Both the position numbers and the translations under genes were made by a program. Below are positions 8,563-18,355 of a stretch of 36,860 bases of DNA, piece after piece; the first letter of the stretch is position 1, and the number at the start of each line of letters is the position of its first letter. Source of the stretch: a virus; the UHGV virus genome UHGV-1448156; one strand, 5' to 3'. A model generated the notes under the pieces. The model saw only the letters and a program-made list of their open reading frames with translations, searched no databases and was not told where the DNA came from.

Positions 8563-10550
8563 TAACCCACCCTCACCTGATTACTTCGCATGACCTGAGC
8601 ATTTGCAGACTGTTGCCGACGTGCAACCTCATTACCGACAGCGTGCGGATCTCCGCCACCGTAAATGTGGTAGGTATTTTGCTGGTTAACCTCTGTCACT
8701 TTGCCACTAATTCCCGCCACGGCAGCCTTATTAATCAGCTCTCGAGAATAGATATTTCTTCCATTTTCATGCTGGATAATGCTGCTCATCAATGCTGACA
8801 TGGTTTGCGGATCGCTCATATTCAGGGCAGCCCGGGGATCCACTCCCAGTCGTTGCGATACAGCCCTGATATACGCAGTTGTGTTGTTATTATCAGACGC
8901 AGGTGCCCAGGTAGAGATAATTTTCTCCACACTGTTTATTCCCCGTCCGGCGTACAGCATTAACTGACGAGCAAGAGCCCGTAATCCATCAAAAGCAGTT
9001 TCAAATCTGGCAAATCGCCCGCCCGGGCGTTCAAGAGAAGCCCCTGCCTGACCAGCAAAATTAAGGTTTCCCGGATTGTTATTCCGTTCTCCTCGTTTCG
9101 TAGCCTGTGCATATTGTTCCGGCTCATCATCACCAAACCAGCCGCGTACCGTCCGGCCCACACTGCGGGGATCGAATCCCCAGTGCTCTTTAATCCAGTC
9201 GGCAGCACTGTTAGCGCTGTCTGTAACCATCGGCATCGCTGACGGATTTTCGCTGCCCTGATTAAGTATCTGTTTGCCGATGCTGACGGCATCAGCCCAG
9301 CGGCCATCTTTGATAGCGTTGAGCAGGTCGGCGATCATGTTCAGCATTTTGCTGAATTCGCCCATCTGGTCGATGAAGTTGCTGAAATCCCACTTCAGGG
9401 ACCATGATTTGGGGTCAATATTGAGCAGTTTCGCCAGCGCTTTCGCCAGTTCATTAACAGACCCTTTCAGGTCACGAACCATCTTCAGCGCGGCATCGAC
9501 CTCCGGCTTCCACTTGCCCCAGTCAATCAGGCTGTCGCCGCCTTCCTTCCAGGTCTGATAGTCCTCCCACAGAAGGGCAATCCCCGCCGCCAGCGCGGTA
9601 ATGAGGCCAATCGGCGACATCCAGAACGTACTGTTCAGAATGCGCAGCGCAATCGTCAGCGCGCCAAACAGCGAGATGAGCTCCCGAGTTTGCTTATCCA
9701 GCGATTGCCACCAGGTGATGAGGCCTGATGTTCCTTCAATCAGTCTGAAGAACAGCCGCCCGATAATATCCCCGAGCGCCAGAATGCCTTTTATGGCTTT
9801 CGTCAGGGTCTGCTCGATACGCGGGAAGTTGTCCAGGATATGGCGGCGCAGAGTGTCCAGCGAACCCGCAAGCCCACCCGCAAGATTAGAGCCGATTTTG
9901 TCACGGGCCATGCCTGCCATCGCGCCGAACTCGCGCAGGGAGGTCATGAATTTGTTGGAGCTTCTGGCCGCCTCGTCAGCATTGAAGCCGATAGCTTTCG
10001 CCATTGCGCTGTACTGCCCGGAGAAGCCACCCACACCCCGGCGCATCGCCATAAGGGTATTTTCGTCAATGCCCAGCATCTGCGCATACTGGTTAGCCCG
10101 GTAATACGGCATGCCGCTGAGCTTCTGGCCTACACCCGTAAAAATAGCGGCCATGTCACGCATGTTACCGCTGGCATCACGGGTCTGTACGCCCAGGCGA
10201 TTCAGAAAGCCTTCTGCACCGGGATTGTTACGAATAAACCGGGAGAGGCTTTCCAGAGAAGATCGCGCAGCGTCAACGCTGCCGCCCACCTGCGAAACCG
10301 CATAGCCAATAGACTGAATCCCCTGAACCGTCGCGCCGGTGCGCTGTGACGCCCAGTAGAGATTATCCAGACCGGAGGCGATCTTAGCCGTGAAGGCCAC
10401 CACGGACAGCGCAGCTCCTTCAACAGCCAGCCCCATTTTGATGACATTTGCAGTTGTACCGGCGAGGACAGAACCGAACTTTTTCGCTCCTGCATCATCC
10501 ACACTGAAGCCAAGCGAGACGAGGAAATCTTTAATAGTTTCAGCGTTCAT
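8562..10550 (-). CDS. Tail tape measure protein
   Basis: About 662 aa, helical and Ala/Gly-rich with hydrophobic segments; ATG 10550 with SD GGAGAGAGG (track start 10571 is TTG). Confidence 0.8.
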   Translation of the reverse strand: MNAETIKDFLVSLGFSVDDAGAKKFGSVLAGTTANVIKMGLAVEGAALSVVAFTAKIASGLDNLYWASQRTGATVQGIQSIGYAVSQVGGSVDAARSSLESLSRFIRNNPGAEGFLNRLGVQTRDASGNMRDMAAIFTGVGQKLSGMPYYRANQYAQMLGIDENTLMAMRRGVGGFSGQYSAMAKAIGFNADEAARSSNKFMTSLREFGAMAGMARDKIGSNLAGGLAGSLDTLRRHILDNFPRIEQTLTKAIKGILALGDIIGRLFFRLIEGTSGLITWWQSLDKQTRELISLFGALTIALRILNSTFWMSPIGLITALAAGIALLWEDYQTWKEGGDSLIDWGKWKPEVDAALKMVRDLKGSVNELAKALAKLLNIDPKSWSLKWDFSNFIDQMGEFSKMLNMIADLLNAIKDGRWADAVSIGKQILNQGSENPSAMPMVTDSANSAADWIKEHWGFDPRSVGRTVRGWFGDDEPEQYAQATKRGERNNNPGNLNFAGQAGASLERPGGRFARFETAFDGLRALARQLMLYAGRGINSVEKIISTWAPASDNNNTTAYIRAVSQRLGVDPRAALNMSDPQTMSALMSSIIQHENGRNIYSRELINKAAVAGISGKVTEVNQQNTYHIYGGGDPHAVGNEVARRQQSANAQVMRSNQVRVG

Positions 10551-10785
10551 TATCCTCTCTCCATTTCTCAATGCGCCGCTGGTTATCCGCTTTTACCGCC
10601 AGATGGTCATTCAAGAGAGCAATGTCGTACAAATCGACAGAGCCATCTTTAAGTGCTGTATAAGGAATTAACCCGGCGTCAACCGGATTGAGAAGGTAGG
10701 ACAGCCCGTCCGGCAGGCTGTTAAACGTCAGCCCTGTTGCAGGCTCTGCGTCGTGCTGGTAAGGGGTGTAGGCAAAAAATTTCCC
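10540..10785 (-). other. -1 programmed frameshift extension of the tail chaperone
   Basis: Slippery GGGAAAT and TTTTTTG in zero frame at 10773-10785; -1 frame open from there to TGA at 10540-10542, spanning the apparent gap 10572-10727. Confidence 0.55.
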
Positions 10786-11180
10786 AGCGAATCGGCGACC
10801 ACCCGCGCCACCAGATGCAGCATGACCAGCAAGTCAATATCATCAAACATCAGTTCGCCCTGGGTAAATACCGGAACCCATCCGTCCATATGACGCCGCG
10901 ATACCACCGCAAGACAGGGATGAATAATCGCACTGGTGTCATCTTCGGTCAGGGAAGACAGTTCCTCAGCTATACGCGGGAGCATGGTTTCAAACACCGG
11001 TTTTAACTGCTCGAATTTCACGGTGTCGATTTTGCCATCAGCAGGCAAACGGGAGCGAATGCTCCCGAAATCTGACATCATTCCTGCCAGCACCGGCAGA
11101 AGTTTGCGGGTCACTTTCAGCTGATCAAAAACGCTGAGTTTTGCCGCGCGATATTTCACGCCTTTGATTTCGAATTCCAT
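10728..11180 (-). CDS. Tail assembly chaperone (gpG/E-like), short form
   Basis: 150 aa between the tube and tape measure genes. Confidence 0.6.
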   Translation of the reverse strand: MEFEIKGVKYRAAKLSVFDQLKVTRKLLPVLAGMMSDFGSIRSRLPADGKIDTVKFEQLKPVFETMLPRIAEELSSLTEDDTSAIIHPCLAVVSRRHMDGWVPVFTQGELMFDDIDLLVMLHLVARVVADSLGNFLPTPLTSTTQSLQQG

Positions 11181-11183
11181 GTA

Positions 11184-11624
11184 TTAAAACTCCCCGAGAA
11201 CCTGGTCAATCTTGCCGCAGTCAAACACCCACGGCATCGTATTACCGGTTTTAGCGTTGGCATTATCCGGTTGTTTCTGGAACGCAACACTACGTGCCGT
11301 GATGATGTCGCCGCTGACCTTGTTTCGGATCACAATAACGTTATTCCCCCATGTGGCAGAAGACTGGCTCTGTGCGTTATACGCCAGCGACAATTTTTTA
11401 TTTGTCGGTGATGTCTTCAGAAGGTTAACGGTAATCGTCCCGCTTTTATCTGCATGGAGACTGTGCATCACTTCGCCATCAGCACCGATGGTCATGGTGT
11501 TTTTAGGGCCGCCCATCGCAACCACAATTCCCTCTTCAGAACTTGCAGAACCGTACCCGAGGTCAATCGAACCGGTCGGCCCGGTCAGCGTCGCAGTGAC
11601 ATCCATAAAAGAATAGGTAGACAT
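11184..11624 (-). CDS. Tail tube protein
   Basis: 146 aa directly downstream of the sheath-sized gene. Confidence 0.6.
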   Translation of the reverse strand: MSTYSFMDVTATLTGPTGSIDLGYGSASSEEGIVVAMGGPKNTMTIGADGEVMHSLHADKSGTITVNLLKTSPTNKKLSLAYNAQSQSSATWGNNVIVIRNKVSGDIITARSVAFQKQPDNANAKTGNTMPWVFDCGKIDQVLGEF

Positions 11625-11634
11625 TCACTTCCCC

Positions 11635-12780
11635 TTAGCGAACAACGTTAATCTGTACGTCAGCGTAATGAACCGCGCCTGCAAGTTTTATTGCAGCCTG
11701 AATCACCGGAGCCTTACGGGCTTCACGTTCTGATTGTGCCTGTTCATCCAGCGGCTGTGCGTATACGTAATAACCTTTGGGCAGCGTGTCACCTGATGAC
11801 AACTGACCAAGGTCGCCACCGTTCCATACGCCCGGAGCAATCAGTCCATTCTGAACGGCCTGATCCAGTGATTTTTCTACATTTGATAACAGTCGGGTAA
11901 TACCGGCTTCAGTCTGGGGAACTTTCGTGGTGCTGGTATAAAGCAGGTTATAGAGGTTGGTCTGCACATAATTCTGTAACCAGTCCAGGCCGTGGCGTTC
12001 ATCAAAGAAATCGCCGTTAGCCATCACTCCCTGCTGGAGGATAGCCGTATCATTCTGGTAGTACACGAATACATTGCAGTTTTTTGCATCAAGTGCCGAT
12101 GCCTGGCTGACTGTCAGTGTTTCATACCCGACACCCGGCTCCTGCTTAAACTTGAGCGTAATCGCGGTATTACTGCCATTGAAATTAACCGTGAATGCCC
12201 GGCCAAATGCAGATAACGCAGCGTATTTATTACCCGATGAATACTGAATAAAACTGCGTGAATATCCGGCGGTTTTCAGTTTTGATGCCAAATCATCGCT
12301 GGATGCAGTCTGCAGGCATTTCTCATCGCTTGTCGTAATCGCCAGAATACGGCTTACAGAAGAGGATTCGATCGCCGCAGCCACTTTCAGCCAGTCTGCA
12401 TCCGGAATATCTGCATCGTCTGCAATCCCCAGCCCATACCATGAAGTATAATCGAGCATGGCATTCACAGCCTGCTCCAGCGTCTCAGGCGTGGCCTGTT
12501 CGCTGTCTCCCTTCGTTTTCACCCAACGACCAACAAAAACCTCCTGAGGTTTCGGTGATTGAGAGAAAAACACCTGCGCAGCCTTATATTCTGGTGATTC
12601 CACGCCAAAATCTTTTCCAATATCTTCCGCGGCAGAATAACGGCGAATGCGCTCACTTACCGGAATGATTGTGGACGGGCCGAGAATGAGTAATGCACCA
12701 AAATTTCGCCCTGATGCTGCACGCGGCGACATGATCACATCAACATTAACAACGTTTGATACAGGCAAGCCCTGTGCCAT
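11635..12780 (-). CDS. Tail sheath protein
   Basis: 381 aa; sheath-tube-chaperone-tape measure order. Confidence 0.6.
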   Translation of the reverse strand: MAQGLPVSNVVNVDVIMSPRAASGRNFGALLILGPSTIIPVSERIRRYSAAEDIGKDFGVESPEYKAAQVFFSQSPKPQEVFVGRWVKTKGDSEQATPETLEQAVNAMLDYTSWYGLGIADDADIPDADWLKVAAAIESSSVSRILAITTSDEKCLQTASSDDLASKLKTAGYSRSFIQYSSGNKYAALSAFGRAFTVNFNGSNTAITLKFKQEPGVGYETLTVSQASALDAKNCNVFVYYQNDTAILQQGVMANGDFFDERHGLDWLQNYVQTNLYNLLYTSTTKVPQTEAGITRLLSNVEKSLDQAVQNGLIAPGVWNGGDLGQLSSGDTLPKGYYVYAQPLDEQAQSEREARKAPVIQAAIKLAGAVHYADVQINVVR

Positions 12781-12783
12781 AGC

Positions 12784-13347
12784 TTAATCTCCGAAAAAGA
12801 TGACTGGTGCTTCCACCAGCGATTTAATACCGTACTCGCGCACAACCTTCCGGCGCAGACGCACCGTCATATCGTAGCGGCGAACCCATTGCTGGTTGAT
12901 AAGTTCAGGGAAGGGAGTCAGACCTGTGTAATCGCCAAGAGACAGCCCCAGCGCATTCAGTGCTGCATTGTTCTGCGGCACAGATATACCGTCACGAAAC
13001 CGGGACGCATACACCATCCCCGCCGGTCCATAAAACGAAGCCATACACTCAATCGTTTCATGCCGCCAGAGCTGAGAGCCATCATCAGTCTGTCTGGTGA
13101 ATGCCGGACTGTCATCACCTGACCATCCGATAACCCCAAACGCACACCAGTTCGTTTCAGCCGGTAGCAGTGGCGGCTGCTCTTTCTGCCAGCGCGGGCG
13201 AACCATCCCGGCAGACAGACCGGAAACGTTACGCATCCACTGGCTTAACAGCCTGTCGAGCGCTTCGTCATAATCCGGATCGCCACTGGTTGGTATTAAC
13301 CATCCGCGCTCTGTACTGGTGTTATTGCTCAACCGGAGTTCCCCCAT
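12784..13347 (-). CDS. Virion structural protein (neck / tail completion candidate)
   Basis: ATG 13347 (track start 13350 is TTG); position between head and sheath genes. Confidence 0.45.
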   Translation of the reverse strand: MGELRLSNNTSTERGWLIPTSGDPDYDEALDRLLSQWMRNVSGLSAGMVRPRWQKEQPPLLPAETNWCAFGVIGWSGDDSPAFTRQTDDGSQLWRHETIECMASFYGPAGMVYASRFRDGISVPQNNAALNALGLSLGDYTGLTPFPELINQQWVRRYDMTVRLRRKVVREYGIKSLVEAPVIFFGD

Positions 13348-13711
13348 CAAACGGCATCAACTCACAATGCGCCTGAACGAATCCGGCCCCATAAGCTGTA
13401 TACGGGTCGACGAAGGTCACACGATAATCACGGCCCTGATACGTCACGATATCGGCATCACGGCCAGTCTGTCCCTGCGTCAGTCGCTCAGTCGTCACAA
13501 TCAGAATTGCACCGCTGATTACCTGCCCTGCCTGCATACGGCGGTTTTCCAGAGAGCGATCAACAGTTACGACTCCGGCAAACTGCTTTTTAACTTCACT
13601 GTCGCTGCCGATCCCGTCCTCATCCACCGTTTGCACTCGGCGTGTTACCCACAAATTGAAGTCGCAAAAATCGGGGTCAAAAAGCACGTCTGTTACATCA
13701 AGAGTAGGCAT
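13322..13711 (-). CDS. Head-tail connector / neck protein candidate
   Basis: 129 aa; position. Confidence 0.45.
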   Translation of the reverse strand: MPTLDVTDVLFDPDFCDFNLWVTRRVQTVDEDGIGSDSEVKKQFAGVVTVDRSLENRRMQAGQVISGAILIVTTERLTQGQTGRDADIVTYQGRDYRVTFVDPYTAYGAGFVQAHCELMPFDGGTPVEQ

Positions 13712-14252
13712 CTTTATCCCTCACAACATGGGTAATGGCTCTGCGATATTGCCCGGTGTCGATTAGCGGTTTCACCAGATCGGTTCCGGGGGACTCGCCA
13801 GCAGCGCGTCGGGCAAGCTCCGCTTTCGCCCCTTTACGCCCTCGACGCGCGCGGGCTTCAACGGTGCTGTCAGCAAGCGGCGTAAAGCCGGTAATGGTCA
13901 TGTACCGCCTGACACCATTAGCGGCCAGCGTGCCAGCCTGGTTGAGGGCTCTTTCCGCACCCGCCGCATTTCCATCAAGCGCAGCCTGCGCCGCTGCTTT
14001 GAGCTGCGGCACCGTCTGTTCCTCTACGGATTTAACGCCGGGGATCAGGTGCGGGCGTGGGGGTATGTTTTGCGCTGGTGAGCCGTATTCGTTGACGTAA
14101 CCGATCCCGGCATTACCAAACGGAACATCATCCCGCTCGCTGTCTGCTTCCGGGATACCCACCAGCACTTCTTTTTTACTGATGGATTTGAGCGCATCCA
14201 GAATGGCCTGAGCGTTATCCACCCTCGTTGTTACACCGCTTTTGAAGCTCAT
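13698..14252 (-). CDS. Virion morphogenesis protein (Mu gpG-like candidate)
   Basis: 184 aa; Ala/Arg-rich C-terminal half; position. Confidence 0.45.
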   Translation of the reverse strand: MSFKSGVTTRVDNAQAILDALKSISKKEVLVGIPEADSERDDVPFGNAGIGYVNEYGSPAQNIPPRPHLIPGVKSVEEQTVPQLKAAAQAALDGNAAGAERALNQAGTLAANGVRRYMTITGFTPLADSTVEARARRGRKGAKAELARRAAGESPGTDLVKPLIDTGQYRRAITHVVRDKDAYS

Positions 14253-14656
14253 AGCTGGCGACCGCCCGCACCGAACATCGTGATCAGCTGATAAAATTCA
14301 GCGCCATATCGGGTGTTATTCCAGAAGCCTGCGTCAGGGTTTAGCGTCGCGCTGGTGTCATAGCTGACGCTTACCTTGTCAACAGACTTGGAGGATTGAA
14401 CACCATTGGTTGAACCGCCCGGGCCGCCAACCAGCATTGCCCGACTATCTGCCGCCCATAGCGTCATGTAGTGAGCCACGAACAACTCGGCAAAGTACGG
14501 AAACAACTTTTTTCCGGTGACGTTTTCGCTCAGCAGTTCATCGGCCAGATTCAGACGAAACTGGATTTGCGCTTCGGGATATTTGGCAGGGTCAGCAAAC
14601 TGCGGGAAGTCGCGGCGAAAATCACTTACCGCTGGCAGACTTTGATTCTTTGGCAT
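14249..14656 (-). CDS. Head-tail adaptor candidate
   Basis: 135 aa; ATG 14656 with SD GAGGT 5 nt upstream; overlaps the 73-aa gene by 35 nt. Confidence 0.45.
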   Translation of the reverse strand: MPKNQSLPAVSDFRRDFPQFADPAKYPEAQIQFRLNLADELLSENVTGKKLFPYFAELFVAHYMTLWAADSRAMLVGGPGGSTNGVQSSKSVDKVSVSYDTSATLNPDAGFWNNTRYGAEFYQLITMFGAGGRQL

Positions 14657-14843
14657 TTTTTACCTCGTTACGCGCGTCTGTGGCTTTGCCAACGGATACC
14701 TCCGCGTGCGCACGAGTGAACCAGTGCGTGGCAACGTCTTCCTCCACAGCATGACGGCCTTTAAGAAACTCGCGCCGTGAACCGTCGGGAAGCGTGAGCA
14801 CAAACGGGGTATGTACGTGTATTACTGCATTATTTTTTGCCAT
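14622..14843 (-). CDS. Small head-module protein (73 aa)
   Basis: ATG 14843 with SD AAGGA; track ORF 14622-15074 trimmed because its 5' part overlaps the capsid gene. Confidence 0.4.
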   Translation of the reverse strand: MAKNNAVIHVHTPFVLTLPDGSRREFLKGRHAVEEDVATHWFTRAHAEVSVGKATDARNEVKNAKESKSASGK

Positions 14844-14883
14844 CAGGTCATCCTTAATGGCCCCGCCAGGGGCCATGTGGCTG

Positions 14884-15825
14884 TTAAATGCCATCAACGT
14901 ACGAAATGGTTTCTTTGTACACTGGCTCGACTGCACCCAGCTTGCCGTAGTAGGTCGCAATCTGATACAGACCACGATACTGGATAGGAACGCTCTGCAA
15001 CGGCACCAGCGGATAGCGCACGTATTTCTTGTCGTTGGTGTACGCAACCATGCGATCCTTATTCCCCACACCACGGCCTTTCAGCCATTTAACCGCGCGG
15101 ATATTCAGCGGAACACCGTTCTGGTGATAGCTGATGGTGTTGGTCTGAAGATACGTCAACAGGGACTGGTTACCCGCAGATGAAACGATGATGCTGGACA
15201 ACAGAGCAAACTGCTCAGGCGGGATCAGCAAATCACGCGGAACCACAGAGTAACCAGAAGCGGCCCACGCATCAGACAGCACCTGGTTAATGCTTGCGCG
15301 GATTTCGTCCGGTGTTGAGGTTGCCCACGTTTTGGCAGCGTTGTTGACAGGAACACCGTTCAGGGTAACAAGACCTTTCAGGTTTAATGCGGAATCGCCA
15401 ACATACACCTGCTCGTCGTTGTCCATCTGCCATTTGAGCTGCATCCCGTCGTACTTCTGGGTGTCAATCGGGCGACCTACCTGCTGAGCTGCTGCCAGCT
15501 CTACAACGGTCCAGCCCAGTTCCATGCCCCAGAGATTCAGCGGGTTACCGGATTTGCCGATATCCACGTTTACGCCAGCAATAGCGGTTGAGTCTTTGCC
15601 TACCCAGTTTTTGCCATTCGGATTTGCACCAGTACCCGCAGCGGCGAAGCTGGTATTCGTCCAGCTGGAAATGTCATCTGCGATAGAGACATCTTCACGC
15701 AACTGAATATCGCGGGTCCAGGTGTACCCCACCAGTGGCAGGTTCAGCGTCTGGTCGAGTCGCTCCAGCTCCCCGATGAGAAAGGCACCAGAGCTGTCAA
15801 CGGTTGCCTGATCAAAAGTAATCAT
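14884..15825 (-). CDS. Major capsid protein
   Basis: 313 aa after the protease-scaffold and a small head protein. Confidence 0.65.
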   Translation of the reverse strand: MITFDQATVDSSGAFLIGELERLDQTLNLPLVGYTWTRDIQLREDVSIADDISSWTNTSFAAAGTGANPNGKNWVGKDSTAIAGVNVDIGKSGNPLNLWGMELGWTVVELAAAQQVGRPIDTQKYDGMQLKWQMDNDEQVYVGDSALNLKGLVTLNGVPVNNAAKTWATSTPDEIRASINQVLSDAWAASGYSVVPRDLLIPPEQFALLSSIIVSSAGNQSLLTYLQTNTISYHQNGVPLNIRAVKWLKGRGVGNKDRMVAYTNDKKYVRYPLVPLQSVPIQYRGLYQIATYYGKLGAVEPVYKETISYVDGI

Positions 15826-15836
15826 TCGTCTGTTCC

Positions 15837-16343
15837 TTAAATCTTCCAGGAAATTTCTGCATTGCCGTTAGCATCACCGGCACCTGTGAATTCAGCGTTG
15901 GTCAGCACCACGTTTTTGCCACTGACTGACGTGGACATGAATCCACCCAGCGGCACTTTGATGGATTCATCAGTGGAGACGACAACGTATACCGGGTCGC
16001 CTTTTTTGATGGTGCTGGCATCAAAATCAGAACCGAGATTAACGGTCACGTAGCCACGCTTCATGGCGTCGCCCGGGAAGTTCTTGCCACTCCCCGCCTG
16101 GCGAACCATGTCCGGCTGCGAAGTGGTCGGATAAGGACGCACGTAGATCCCCTTCACCTTGTCTGCGGTATCACCATCTGCCAGCGGTACGAAAAAACCG
16201 TCAGCATCGTATTTACCAGCCAGCCCATAGGCAGCAAAGGCGTTATCGGATTTAAGGACCACCGGTTCGACGGTTAAGTCCTGCGGGCGAGAGACAGCCC
16301 CGGCAATGCCAACAGGCATCCGGTACAGAAATACATTATTCAT
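15837..16343 (-). CDS. Head structural / decoration protein candidate
   Basis: 168 aa between scaffold and capsid genes. Confidence 0.45.
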   Translation of the reverse strand: MNNVFLYRMPVGIAGAVSRPQDLTVEPVVLKSDNAFAAYGLAGKYDADGFFVPLADGDTADKVKGIYVRPYPTTSQPDMVRQAGSGKNFPGDAMKRGYVTVNLGSDFDASTIKKGDPVYVVVSTDESIKVPLGGFMSTSVSGKNVVLTNAEFTGAGDANGNAEISWKI

Positions 16344-16346
16344 TTT

Positions 16347-17567
16347 TTACCCTTTACGGTTTGCCCAGAATTCAGCGTTTTGTTTGTTCAGGGAAGCGAT
16401 ACTGGTCATGCCCATGTTTGGGCGCTGTGCATCGCCGGTGGTGGCGCGGGTGTTTCGCCCTTTGGCAATCTCAGACACGGCATTAAACGCCATGTTGACC
16501 GATTGTTTCGGTAATTTGCGGATATCCGCATCACCGACTATCTGGCGAACCAGCGTTTTGTCAGCGGAAGCCAGAACCTCGCGTTTGAACGCGGTCGGTT
16601 TCATCTTACGGCTCAGATCGATACCCGGAACGATAACTTCGGCACGCCAGGCTGAGTCACCAGTAATCGTGGTTTCCTCTTCATCATCCTCGCCGTCACC
16701 GGTCGGATTATCGTCAGGCTTATTATCATTATCGCCCGTGGCATTTCCTTCCAGCTTAGCCAGCAGGGCTTTCAGTAATGTTTTGAGGTCATCATCACTG
16801 TCGCCGGTTGGACCTCCACCCATCTCTGGTGCTTTGTCCGGTAGTGGTTGCTGCGGGGACAGGTTGATGTTGAGATTAACGCCCTGCGGCAAATCCCCCT
16901 CATCTCCTGTAACCGATGCGGGAGCCGACTCCACCAGTTCGTTCATGGTGTCGGCATCTCCTGTCTTGATGGCTGCACGCATGCGGTTCCACCAGTTTTT
17001 CTTTTGATTTGCCATTGTGTCTCTGTCTCCAATTGCACAACGATTTCCGGCTCTGCCTTTGGGGACAAGAGCCACATGGTTTCCGGTAATATCGACCTGC
17101 TCGGCTTTACCTGGCTCGGTCTGCTCGTACTCCGCGTCATAGCCGCACGACACTTCACGCAGGCCATCTTCGATAAGCTGAATGGCGTTTTCGTCTTTGA
17201 CGATAAGGTCAGCCAGCATCAAATCAGACTGGTCACCAGTCCCGCGCCGCACATTCTGAAGATGCCCGACAGCAAGCTCTTTCCAGTTCTCGGGATTTAC
17301 CAGCCGCACATTCCCGTTTTCATCTTCAGGATGCAGGATCGTGATGCTCATCCCTTCGAATGAGGCGAGCGTGGCCGGATTGAATACCTGCTCAGGAGAA
17401 CGCGTTACGACTATCTCACCGAGCTTGTCGGGTTTGAGGTTTGGCAGATCGGCAGCGCCGTAGAGCTGCTTACCCGTTCGACCTATCGGCACGTCTTTGC
17501 ACAGCAGCGAGCCGTCAGCCAGCTGATAGCGGGTTTCCCCCAGCCGGGTATTGAAAAAATATTTCAT
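16347..17567 (-). CDS. Prohead protease / scaffold protein (Mu gpI-like)
   Basis: 406 aa; acidic Asp/Glu-rich central linker typical of scaffolds; position after the F-like gene. Confidence 0.55.
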   Translation of the reverse strand: MKYFFNTRLGETRYQLADGSLLCKDVPIGRTGKQLYGAADLPNLKPDKLGEIVVTRSPEQVFNPATLASFEGMSITILHPEDENGNVRLVNPENWKELAVGHLQNVRRGTGDQSDLMLADLIVKDENAIQLIEDGLREVSCGYDAEYEQTEPGKAEQVDITGNHVALVPKGRAGNRCAIGDRDTMANQKKNWWNRMRAAIKTGDADTMNELVESAPASVTGDEGDLPQGVNLNINLSPQQPLPDKAPEMGGGPTGDSDDDLKTLLKALLAKLEGNATGDNDNKPDDNPTGDGEDDEEETTITGDSAWRAEVIVPGIDLSRKMKPTAFKREVLASADKTLVRQIVGDADIRKLPKQSVNMAFNAVSEIAKGRNTRATTGDAQRPNMGMTSIASLNKQNAEFWANRKG

Positions 17568-17581
17568 GGTTTACCTGCGAT

Positions 17582-18355
17582 TCAGGCGAGATAAGAATGA
17601 GGGTTGGGGAAGACGATTTCTTTGTAACAGCGGCAGTTCGGCAGCTCACCAGCGTGACCGGTCATACCGTCAAGCGTTGGAGGTCGGCCCCATTCGACAA
17701 ACTTGCCCTCCATCTCACGATGAGAGTGCCGGACATCGCCATCTTCGGCTGTACGCCAGATATAACCATTCGAACCAATTGACAGCGCACGCGCCTGATC
17801 GAGCGCGCCGGTTGCGCGTCCAAGTTCGGTACGGGCGATAAGGTTCGCTCGCAAGCGTGACACGTCACCTGACGCCGCTATCTCTTTCGCGAATGACTCA
17901 GCCCGCCCGCCAGTCACAACTGCCTCGATGGCTTTGTTCTGAATGTCATACACCCGATCGGCGGCCTCAAGAGGTAGCGATTTGATGTACTTAATCTGCT
18001 CGGCAACGATGGATTTCATCACCTGGCCTACCGGGGCGCAGTCAACCATGTTGCGCAGCTCTGCACTGATGTTCCGGCTGTGTTGACGCCACTGCTTTTC
18101 ATTCTGGCGCGCTATGTCTGCGGTAAAGTTCTCAGCTACCTTCGTCGCCCAGGGGGTGATGATTTCGCTGTAGCGCTCCAGCGCATCCATTATTTCGGTT
18201 ACGCTATCGTTTGAACCATCGTAGCGCCCATTTACGATATCCCCGACCGCCCGCGCTATCTGCCGTAGGCTCGTTCGATATCGGATCTCCGCCTGGCGAC
18301 TCTGGCGGTTTGTCGCCAAGTTCGCCGATGCCTGGCGGCGCTTCGTCTTCGGCAT
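17582..18355 (-). CDS. Head morphogenesis protein (Mu gpF / SPP1 gp7 family)
   Basis: 257 aa; ATG 18355 with SD GAGGA; overlaps the portal 3' end by about 150 nt in another frame. Confidence 0.6.
   Translation of the reverse strand: MPKTKRRQASANLATNRQSRQAEIRYRTSLRQIARAVGDIVNGRYDGSNDSVTEIMDALERYSEIITPWATKVAENFTADIARQNEKQWRQHSRNISAELRNMVDCAPVGQVMKSIVAEQIKYIKSLPLEAADRVYDIQNKAIEAVVTGGRAESFAKEIAASGDVSRLRANLIARTELGRATGALDQARALSIGSNGYIWRTAEDGDVRHSHREMEGKFVEWGRPPTLDGMTGHAGELPNCRCYKEIVFPNPHSYLA

Noticed and set aside
9601-10349. Track plus-strand ORFs (167 and 169 aa) inside the tape measure gene
   Set aside because: Antisense to a long, well-supported gene; Arg/Ser/Pro-rich translations typical of reverse frames.
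10390-10671. Track ORF (+, 93 aa) in the chaperone / tape measure gap
   Set aside because: Antisense to the open -1 frame of the chaperone frameshift extension; no SD.
14622-15074. Long form of track ORF (150 aa) overlapping the major capsid 3' end
   Set aside because: Upstream part is an alternate frame of the capsid gene; trimmed to the SD-preceded ATG at 14843.
16306-17363. Track plus-strand ORFs (233 and 171 aa) inside the protease-scaffold gene
   Set aside because: Antisense; Ser/Pro-rich low-complexity translations.
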